From: Parolsenella sp.
GTDB taxonomy: Bacteria > Bacillota > Clostridia > Lachnospirales > Lachnospiraceae
Assembly (NCBI GenBank): GCA_963659875.1
Contig: CAVKVA010000008.1
Coordinates: 37,793 to 101,792, forward strand
DNA length: 64,000 nucleotides
Reading direction: 5' to 3'
The position numbers were made by a program, and so were the translations under genes. Of the stretch, positions 56,419 through 64,000 are shown piece by piece. Position 1 is the stretch's first letter, and each line of letters starts with the position of its first letter. The notes beneath the pieces are model-generated. The model saw only the letters and a program-made list of their open reading frames with translations. It had not been told where the DNA came from and ran no database searches.

Positions 56419-57609
56419 ATGGCCAAACCAGGTGAAAAATTTTACATAGATGCCCGTGGCGTTAAAGCAGAAGGCGTGGTTACAGAGAACGGATTCCTTG
56501 TGTTTAAAGGCAGCCAGGTCCGTGATAAGATAGCAAACTATTTAAATCAAACATTAAAAGACTTGAGGAAGATTTCTGCAGAGGATGGAACTATTGTAGA
56601 TAATCTTCTTACAAGGGATATGGAATTTAAGAGTCCGTCAACCGCAGCATATTTCCTGTTTGGAGCCAATGCCAGCGGTCCGCAGACATGGAAAGATGAA
56701 AACGGAATGACTATGTTGGAGCATGACAAGCTTGAGGCTGGAATTCTTAAAGATCCTACTGACCGTGAATATCTTGGTTTCCTGAAAACTGTTGAAGGTA
56801 ATGAGGGAAGCAAATGCTATTATCCGACTCGTTTGGATACTTATGGCTGTGGTTGTGGACATGATTGCAGTTACTGTTATGCAAAGGATATGATTCAGCG
56901 ACTGTCAGGACCTGACGGCTGGGATCCGAAGCATCCTAAAATCGCTGATACATGGCGAATTGAAAATCGTATAAAGCGCGGGGACTTAAAAGCAGGAGAC
57001 GTAGTAAGGCTTGGTGGGCTTACGGATTGTTTCCAACCAGTAGAGCTTAAATACCATACTACACTTGAGACAATCAAGATCCTTAATAATTATGACATTG
57101 GGTATCTGATTGTTACCAAGTCTCATTTGGTGGCAAATCCGGAGTATTTGGAAGTTATGAGAAAGGATCTGGCGCATATTCAGATTACAACGACAAGTTT
57201 TGATTCGAAAATCTGTAAGAAATATGAGAAGGCCAGTCCACCGTCAAAACGTGTTGAAGCGATAGAAAAGCTTCAGAGCGAAGGCTTTGATACATTCTTT
57301 AGACTTAGCCCTTATGTAGATGGGTGGATTGACTTTGATAAGCTGAACCAAGTCGCCTGTGACAAAATTCTGGTGGAGTTTCTTAGAGTGAATACTACCA
57401 TCCTTCGGCAATTTGATATAGATGCATCAGCTTATACCTATAATGACAATGGATATATGAACCTGCCGCTGGAGCGTAAACTTGAAATATTATCGAAAAT
57501 TACCGGGTTCAAAGAGGTGACGGTATGTGATGATTGCACGGAGCATTATAACTACTTCCGTGATCATTTTAATCCGAATCCTCATGATTGCTGCAACTTG
57601 AGAAAATAG
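56419..57609 (+). CDS. DUF4357-like N-terminal domain fused to a radical SAM domain (SplB/COG1533-like)
   Basis: The N-terminus KFYIDARGVKAEGVVTENGFLVFKGS...EFKSPSTAAYFLFGANASGPQTWK is the DUF4357 pattern. The radical SAM cluster motif is CGHDCSYC (CX3CX2C), and GGLTDCFQP lies downstream. ATG 56419 follows the RBS GAAAGGTGG. Confidence 0.75.
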   Translation: MAKPGEKFYIDARGVKAEGVVTENGFLVFKGSQVRDKIANYLNQTLKDLRKISAEDGTIVDNLLTRDMEFKSPSTAAYFLFGANASGPQTWKDENGMTMLEHDKLEAGILKDPTDREYLGFLKTVEGNEGSKCYYPTRLDTYGCGCGHDCSYCYAKDMIQRLSGPDGWDPKHPKIADTWRIENRIKRGDLKAGDVVRLGGLTDCFQPVELKYHTTLETIKILNNYDIGYLIVTKSHLVANPEYLEVMRKDLAHIQITTTSFDSKICKKYEKASPPSKRVEAIEKLQSEGFDTFFRLSPYVDGWIDFDKLNQVACDKILVEFLRVNTTILRQFDIDASAYTYNDNGYMNLPLERKLEILSKITGFKEVTVCDDCTEHYNYFRDHFNPNPHDCCNLRK

Positions 57610-57627
57610 ATAGGAGATTAAGAGAAG

Positions 57628-60249
57628 ATGGCTGTTAAGAAAAATGAATTATACAGTTCTTTATATGCAAGCTGCGATAAGCTTCGCGGTGGTATGGATA
57701 CCTCACAGTACAAGGACTATATCCTTACTTTGCTTTTTGTGAAGTATGTAACAGATAAATTCAAGGGCGTAAAGTACGCCGACATTGTAGTGCCAGAGGG
57801 TGGAAGTTTTGATGATCTTATTGCTCTCAGAGGAAATAAGAATATTGGTGAAGAAATAGATAAGGTGATTGCAAAACTCGCCGAAGAAAATGAACTGCGC
57901 GGTGTTATTGATAATGCCCATTTTAATGACGAGACAAAGCTGGGAAAAGGCCAGGAGATGGTGGACAAACTCACGGGACTTATCGGAATCTTCATGCGTC
58001 CAGAATTTGACTTTAAGCACAACAAAACTAGCGGCGACGATATCTTGGGTGATGCTTACGAGTATTTGATGCGTAAATTTGCTACCGAGAGTGGAAAGAG
58101 TAAAGGACAGTTCTATACTCCGGCAGAGGTATCTCGAATTCTGGCCAAGGTAGTTGGAATTGGAAAGATTAAACCTAGAGAGGAAGGATATTCCGTATAT
58201 GATCCGGCCTGTGGATCTGGTTCGTTGCTTATTCGTGCTGTTGATGAGGCTCCTTTTGAAATAGCTATATACGGTCAGGAGAAGGAGACCACCACGGCTG
58301 GTCTTGCAAAGATGAACCTTGTACTTCACAACAAGGCGGCTGGTGAAATTCATGCAGCGGATACATTTTCATCACCTCAGTATTTTGAAGAAGGCTCTGA
58401 TAATCAGGTGCTTAAGCGTTTTGATTTTGCTGTAGTTAATCCTCCATTTTCACTTAAAAACTGGACAGATGGTCTTAAAGATTATGGCAGATTTACAGGT
58501 TATGGAGATAATCCTCCAGAGAAAAATGCTGATTTCGCTTGGCTGCTTCATATTATCAAGTCTATTAAGAATACAGGAAAGGCTGCCATTGTAGAGCCTC
58601 ATGGCGTTCTTTTTCGAGGAAATGCTGAGGCTACAATCCGTCAGTCAATTGTAGACAGGGGATATATTAAGGCAATTATTGGCCTTCCAACAAACCTTTT
58701 CTATGGTACAGGTATACCTGGTTGCATTATTGTACTTGATAAAGAGGATGCAGATGAGAGAAGTGGCATCTTTATGATTGATGCTAGTCACGATTTTATT
58801 AAAGACGGAAACAAGAATAGACTCCGTGAAGAGGATATTTATCGTATTGTTACAACATTTGATAATCAGCTTGAAGTACCGGGATATTCCAGAATGGTAC
58901 CAATGGAAGAGATTAAGGTAAAGAATGGATATAACCTCAATATTCCAAGATATATCGATTCCGGAGCTAAGGAAGACATTCAGGATATTGAAGCACATCT
59001 GCATGGAGGAATTCCTGCCGCTGATGTGGATTCACTTGGAAAGTATTGGACTTTATTCCCAGGACTTAAGGACAGGTTATTCTCTGTTGAACGAGAGGGC
59101 TACTATAAGCTGAATATTGATATAGATGAGGTAAGAAACATCATATACAATGACGAGCAGTTTGCAGCATACGCAGACCGTATTGAAAATGCATTTGATG
59201 CATGGAAGCAGAAGGTAGATGAAGGCCTGAGAAGCATTAATTCAGAGACCAATATTAAGCAGTACATTGTAGAACTTTCAGAACAGTTGGTAAAAGAGTT
59301 TGAAGATGTAGAACTTATTGATAAGTATGACGTCTATGAAGTGCTGCTGTCATACTGGCAGGAGACCATGGCTGATGATGTTCTTATTGTTACTTACGAT
59401 GGATATGAAGCCGGCAGGGAAATCGTTGACATCAAAGAGATTAAAAAGAAAAAGGATGGTACGGAAGAGGAAAAAATCAAGGGATGGGAAGGGAAAATTA
59501 TCCCGCGCCCGCTAATGGAGCAGACTTTCTTCAAATCCGAGTGTGATGAGATAGCAAAGCTTCAAGCAGAGATGGATGAGGCTGATAGCAAGCTTTCTGA
59601 ACTTATTGAAAATACGGCAGATGACTCGGCTCTTTCAGATGTAATAGAGGATGGAAAAGTTAAAGCTACGGATGTGCAGACAAAGATTGACGAAATATTA
59701 AGCTACACAGAAAATGAAGAAGTTACAGCATTGCTTGCAATGGCTGATGCTTTTCCTATGAAGAAAAAAGAATACCAGGATTATATAAAAATCCATCCTA
59801 TATGTGAGAATGCCTATAATGGCGGAACTACTATAAGTAAGAAAACAATTACTGCAAGAATTGCCGAGATCCGTTCACAACTTCCTGTAAAAGAAATGTA
59901 CGAAGAGGACTTTGATGAATTAAAACAGGTGGCTGAAAATATTGCTATTTTATCAGATCTTAAATCAAAAATTAAGACTTTATCTACAGAACTCGAGGAG
60001 AAGGTTAAAGCTAAGTATTCAGAGCTTACAGATGAAGAAATCAAGATGTTGCTGATTGATCTTAAGTGGTATGCAGCTTTGAGGGATGGCATTGATAGTT
60101 TATATGTGGCGGCTTCACATAATATTTCTAACAGAGTGATTGAACTCGCTGAGAGATATAAGGATACATTGCCTGAACTTGAAATATCTGTGGCAGACTA
60201 TGAGTCAAAGGTGAAGGCTCATCTGGAAAGGATGGGGTTTGCATGGTAA
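57628..60249 (+). CDS. hsdM: type I restriction-modification system methyltransferase subunit (long form, 873 aa)
   Basis: An HsdM_N-like start (YKDYILTLLFVKYVTDKF), FYTPAEV, motif I DPACGSGS and motif IV NPPF are present. A roughly 420-aa C-terminal extension follows the usual end (NLNIPRYID). Confidence 0.9.
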   Translation: MAVKKNELYSSLYASCDKLRGGMDTSQYKDYILTLLFVKYVTDKFKGVKYADIVVPEGGSFDDLIALRGNKNIGEEIDKVIAKLAEENELRGVIDNAHFNDETKLGKGQEMVDKLTGLIGIFMRPEFDFKHNKTSGDDILGDAYEYLMRKFATESGKSKGQFYTPAEVSRILAKVVGIGKIKPREEGYSVYDPACGSGSLLIRAVDEAPFEIAIYGQEKETTTAGLAKMNLVLHNKAAGEIHAADTFSSPQYFEEGSDNQVLKRFDFAVVNPPFSLKNWTDGLKDYGRFTGYGDNPPEKNADFAWLLHIIKSIKNTGKAAIVEPHGVLFRGNAEATIRQSIVDRGYIKAIIGLPTNLFYGTGIPGCIIVLDKEDADERSGIFMIDASHDFIKDGNKNRLREEDIYRIVTTFDNQLEVPGYSRMVPMEEIKVKNGYNLNIPRYIDSGAKEDIQDIEAHLHGGIPAADVDSLGKYWTLFPGLKDRLFSVEREGYYKLNIDIDEVRNIIYNDEQFAAYADRIENAFDAWKQKVDEGLRSINSETNIKQYIVELSEQLVKEFEDVELIDKYDVYEVLLSYWQETMADDVLIVTYDGYEAGREIVDIKEIKKKKDGTEEEKIKGWEGKIIPRPLMEQTFFKSECDEIAKLQAEMDEADSKLSELIENTADDSALSDVIEDGKVKATDVQTKIDEILSYTENEEVTALLAMADAFPMKKKEYQDYIKIHPICENAYNGGTTISKKTITARIAEIRSQLPVKEMYEEDFDELKQVAENIAILSDLKSKIKTLSTELEEKVKAKYSELTDEEIKMLLIDLKWYAALRDGIDSLYVAASHNISNRVIELAERYKDTLPELEISVADYESKVKAHLERMGFAW

Positions 60250-61484
60250 AGGAAGAAATGAAATTTATCGAGACAGGGTATATTATCCAAGATTGGGACG
60301 ATGATATTATATCGAACTTTGCCAGTACATCCTCAGGCGGAACTCCTTCAAGATCGATAGCATCATATTATGAGGGAAATATTAAATGGTTAACTACGAG
60401 TGAATTACGAGATAACTTAATTGATGATTCAATTGAATATATAAGTGAAGCAGCATTGAAAAATTCATCTGCAAAAATTTTTCCGCAAGATACAGTCTTG
60501 ATGGCCATGTATGGGGCTACAATTGGGCGATTAGGAATTCTTACTACTGAATCTGCCACAAATCAAGCTTGCTGCGCAATGATGTGCAATCCTAAAAAAT
60601 GCGATTACAAGTATTTGTTTTATTCATTGCAAGGAATGAGGGACTATATTATTTCTTTAGGTAGTGGAGCTGGCCAGCCTAACATTAGTCAAAACATTGT
60701 TAAAAATTTGCGTGTCGCTTTGCCTGATTTAGAAGAGCAGAAAACTATTGCAACAGCTCTTTCTGATATTGACGAATTAATTGATAATCTTGAGAAACTT
60801 ATTGAAAAGAAAAAGAATATCAAGCAAGGTGCAATGCAGGAACTGTTGACAGGAAAGAAAAGACTGCCAGGATTTACAAATAACTGGGAGGAGGCTTTTC
60901 TTAATGATATTTCATCAAGCATGACAGATGGCCCATTTGGAAGTGATTTAAAAACTGAACACTATACTTCAGAACATGAAGTAAGATTAATCCAGCTCAG
61001 TAACATAGGCGAAGATGGATGGAACAATGACAATACTAAATATACAACTTATGAGCATGCCAATGAACTTAGTCGGTGCAAAGTCAAACCAGGAGACATT
61101 GTAATTGCAAAGATGATGCCAGCAGGAAGGACGATAATCTGTCCTGACATAGAAAAAGACTATATTCTTGCGTCGGATGTTGTAAAGTTTGTACCTAATG
61201 AAAAAGTAAATTCTAAATATTTTGTTTATGCAACAAAAAGTGAGTTCTTTTTAGAGCAAGTTGCTGAAAATACCCAAGGCAGTACAAGAGCAAGAACGAG
61301 CATTAGTAAGTTGAGAAAAATATCTATTATGTTACCTGATATAGAGGAACAACAAGCTATAGCTAACTTATTAGGCGATATGGATAACGAAATTAACATG
61401 TTATGCAGAAAACTTGCAAAAACAAAATTGTTAAAGCAGGGAATGATGCAGAAATTACTGACCGGTGAAATCCGTCTAGTATAA
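60243..61484 (+). CDS. hsdS: type I restriction-modification system specificity subunit
   Basis: 413 aa. Two target-recognition halves are each followed by a conserved helix (LPDLEEQKTIATALSDIDELI and LPDIEEQQAIANLLGDMDNEI). The start overlaps the hsdM end. Confidence 0.85.
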   Translation: MVKEEMKFIETGYIIQDWDDDIISNFASTSSGGTPSRSIASYYEGNIKWLTTSELRDNLIDDSIEYISEAALKNSSAKIFPQDTVLMAMYGATIGRLGILTTESATNQACCAMMCNPKKCDYKYLFYSLQGMRDYIISLGSGAGQPNISQNIVKNLRVALPDLEEQKTIATALSDIDELIDNLEKLIEKKKNIKQGAMQELLTGKKRLPGFTNNWEEAFLNDISSSMTDGPFGSDLKTEHYTSEHEVRLIQLSNIGEDGWNNDNTKYTTYEHANELSRCKVKPGDIVIAKMMPAGRTIICPDIEKDYILASDVVKFVPNEKVNSKYFVYATKSEFFLEQVAENTQGSTRARTSISKLRKISIMLPDIEEQQAIANLLGDMDNEINMLCRKLAKTKLLKQGMMQKLLTGEIRLV

Positions 61485-61497
61485 GGAGGTGATCAGT

Positions 61498-64000
61498 ATG
61501 CCAAATATTGGCGACGCTGAAAGAAACACACAGAATAGAGTAGTGAAGTTGTTTATAGATAAGCTTCATTACACTTATCTTGGAGATTTGCATGATACTG
61601 AGAATACCAACCTTATGCCAGATTGGATCATGGCTTATTTAAGCAAAATGGGCTATGGCGATAAACTGGCTAAAGGTGCCGTTCTGGAACTGGAACGTAC
61701 ATCTACCAACCTCCAGCAGGGACTTTATCATGCCAATAAGTCGGTATATAGCCTTTTAAAATATGGTGCCAAGGTAAACGATGAAGCAGGGACTCCAAAG
61801 ACGGTATATTTTATCGATTTTGAAACTCCGGGAAACAATGATTTTTACGTTGCAGAAGAGGTTACAGTTAAAGGTGATCATACAAAGAGACCGGATGTGG
61901 TCCTTTATGTAAATGGTATTGCATTGGCTGTAATTGAACTCAAGAAGAGTAGCGTATCTGTCTCTAATGGCATCAGACAGAATCTCACTAACCAACGCGC
62001 TCATTTCATTGAAGATTTCTTTACTACTATACAGTTTTGCATGGCAGGAAATGACAGCGAAGGGCTTCGTTATGGCACATTGCTTACTCCTGAGAAATAC
62101 TATTTGGAATGGAAACAGGATGGCTTTAGAAATCAATTTGATGAGCTAGATGAGTCAGATCTTAGGATAGAAGAATATTGTAAATCCGTTGATGAAAAGC
62201 TGGATGAGCAGATTTATTCGATGTTCTACAAGAAGCGTTTTCTTGAGTTGATCCATGATTTTATCATTTTTGATAAGGGTGTAAAAAAGGTTTGCCGATA
62301 CAATCAGTTTTATGCTATCAAGCGAGCACAACACCGATTGGTAGACAAAAAGACCGGCGGTATTGTATGGCATACTCAAGGATCTGGTAAGAGCCTTACC
62401 ATGGTTTGGCTGGCAAAATGGGTACTTGCAAATAATCCCAATGCCAGGGTTCTTATCGTAACAGATAGAGATGAACTGGACGATCAGATAGAAAAGTTAT
62501 TTATCGGTGTAGAGGAGAATATTGTTCGTACAAAGAGCGGTAAAGATCTGATTGAAAGAATAGACAAATTTGACGATCGGCTGCTTTGTTCTCTAGTACA
62601 TAAGTTTGGTAAACGTGGTGGTGAAGCAACAGAAAAAGATTACGACAAGTATGTTGAGGAACTGAAAGAATCACTACCTGCCAATTTCTCTGCTAAAGGC
62701 GAATTTGTCATATTTGTAGATGAATGTCATAGAACACAATCTGGTAAGTTGCACACTGCGATGAAGGTAATTATTCCAAAAGGAATATTTATCGGTTTTA
62801 CAGGTACACCTCTGCTGAAGAAAGATAAGAAAACTAGTCTTGAGACATTTGGTGGTTATATCCATACTTACAAATTTGATGAAGGTGTAAGGGATGGAGT
62901 TATTCTTGATCTTCGCTATGAGGCAAGAGACGTACCACAGGATATAACATCCCAGGATAAGGTTGACGCATGGTTTGATGCTAAAACTCAGGGCCTTTCA
63001 TCAAGAGGAAAGGCGAAACTGAAGCAACTTTGGGGAAACATGCAGAAAGTATTTTCTTCCAGATCAAGGCTGGAGAAAATTGCCAATGATATTATATTCG
63101 ATTTTGCTACTAAGCCAAGACTTATGGATGGCAATGGAAATGCTATTCTCGTAGCTGGCTCAGTCTATTCTGCATGTAAATATTATGAGATATTCCAAAA
63201 TAAGAACTTTAAAAAGTGTGCCATCATTTCATCATATACACCGAATGCAGGAGACTTAAGGACAGATACTGTAAGTGAAGAGGAAGAAACAGAGACTTTC
63301 GAGAAGTATTCCATTTATCTGAAGATGATAGGCGTATCAGAAAGTGATGACTCTACCTCTGTGGCAAAGGCTGTAGAGGCTTTTGAGACAGAAGCTAAAC
63401 GTAAATTTGTTGAAGAGCCTAATAACATGAAGCTCCTTATCGTTGTTGATAAGCTGCTTACAGGATTTGATGCTCCTCCGTGTACTTATCTTTATATTGA
63501 TAAGGCAATGCACGACCATGGTTTGTTCCAGGCCATTTGCCGTGTAAACAGACTAGACGGTGATGCTAAGGATTTTGGCTACATTGTTGATTATAAGCAG
63601 CTTTTTGGTGATCTGACAGATGCCATGAATACATATACCTCAGGCGCATTTGAATCGTATGATGCCGAGGATGTTCAGGGACTCTTAAAGGACCGTACAG
63701 ATGAAGCAAGGAAGTATTTCGAAGATACTCTGGACGAGATAGAGGAACTGTGTGATGGAGTGGAAATGCCGAAAACACAAATTGACTATATTCATTACTT
63801 CTGTGGTGAGAATGGTGTCCCGCTCGACGAAGAGTCTGACGAAGCTTATGCAAGAATTAGGGAAAGACTGTATAAACTTGTGGCAAGGCTTGTTCGTGCA
63901 TATGCTGAATTGAAACCGAGAATGGATGATATTGGTTATTCAGCAGAACAACGTTCAAAATTTGAAGAAAAAGTAACCTTCTATGTAGACTTGAGGCAGG
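61498..64000 (+). CDS. hsdR: type I restriction enzyme R subunit, N-terminal about 834 aa (ORF runs off the window)
   Basis: This ORF is not in the supplied track. ATG 61498 follows AAGGAGG, and I translated the frame by eye to the window end without a stop. It has the nuclease motif RPDVVLYVNGIALAVIELKK, the Walker A HTQGSGKSLTM and FVDECHRTQSGK. Confidence 0.9.
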   Translation, partial: MPNIGDAERNTQNRVVKLFIDKLHYTYLGDLHDTENTNLMPDWIMAYLSKMGYGDKLAKGAVLELERTSTNLQQGLYHANKSVYSLLKYGAKVNDEAGTPKTVYFIDFETPGNNDFYVAEEVTVKGDHTKRPDVVLYVNGIALAVIELKKSSVSVSNGIRQNLTNQRAHFIEDFFTTIQFCMAGNDSEGLRYGTLLTPEKYYLEWKQDGFRNQFDELDESDLRIEEYCKSVDEKLDEQIYSMFYKKRFLELIHDFIIFDKGVKKVCRYNQFYAIKRAQHRLVDKKTGGIVWHTQGSGKSLTMVWLAKWVLANNPNARVLIVTDRDELDDQIEKLFIGVEENIVRTKSGKDLIERIDKFDDRLLCSLVHKFGKRGGEATEKDYDKYVEELKESLPANFSAKGEFVIFVDECHRTQSGKLHTAMKVIIPKGIFIGFTGTPLLKKDKKTSLETFGGYIHTYKFDEGVRDGVILDLRYEARDVPQDITSQDKVDAWFDAKTQGLSSRGKAKLKQLWGNMQKVFSSRSRLEKIANDIIFDFATKPRLMDGNGNAILVAGSVYSACKYYEIFQNKNFKKCAIISSYTPNAGDLRTDTVSEEEETETFEKYSIYLKMIGVSESDDSTSVAKAVEAFETEAKRKFVEEPNNMKLLIVVDKLLTGFDAPPCTYLYIDKAMHDHGLFQAICRVNRLDGDAKDFGYIVDYKQLFGDLTDAMNTYTSGAFESYDAEDVQGLLKDRTDEARKYFEDTLDEIEELCDGVEMPKTQIDYIHYFCGENGVPLDEESDEAYARIRERLYKLVARLVRAYAELKPRMDDIGYSAEQRSKFEEKVTFYVDLRQ

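Larger units (their letters stand above)
44940..64000. mobile_element. AT-rich plasmid-like genomic/defence island (right end outside the window)
   Basis: Base composition and codon style change abruptly right after the addA stop. The content is R-M systems, RHH/SymE/ParAB, Hachiman and type I R-M. No integrase or relaxase is seen in the window. Confidence 0.5.

Overview
The window has two compositionally distinct parts. Part 1, about 1-44,930, is GC-rich chromosome with Clostridia-like gene content. Gene order is:
- end of a urea ABC transporter (urtC'DE)
- a complete urease cluster (fused ureAB, then ureC, E, F, G, D)
- an AraC regulator
- a GH31 glycosidase with a TRAP transporter (dctPQM)
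- a MATE exporter
- a four-gene type II Wadjet operon (jetABCD, TIGR02677-02680 type) whose jetA carries an in-frame TAG
- a P-type cation ATPase with a candidate Mn2+ (yybP-ykoY-like) riboswitch leader
- a glycerate-pathway/organic-acid cluster (citX, glxK, oadB, oadG-like, CitMHS transporter, garR, a DapA-family enzyme, and a PrpR-like regulator with a degenerate AAA+ core)
- an ECF S-component, metY and addBA

Part 2, about 44,940 to the window end, is an AT-rich, plasmid-like genomic island. It holds:
- an NgoMIV-like type II R-M pair, whose endonuclease N-terminus looks frameshifted in an A6 run
- a GC-rich structured non-coding patch
- an RHH / SymE-like / ParA / ParB module
- a roughly 12 kb co-directional defence array: an NBR1-Ig-like protein, an excisionase-type HTH, Hachiman (hamAB), a DUF4357-radical-SAM fusion, and a type I R-M (long hsdM, hsdS, partial hsdR)

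The best candidates for something undescribed are the DUF4357-radical-SAM gene wedged between Hachiman and hsdM, and the NBR1-like/HTH pair heading the array. All family calls come from motif recognition by eye. No database search was run.
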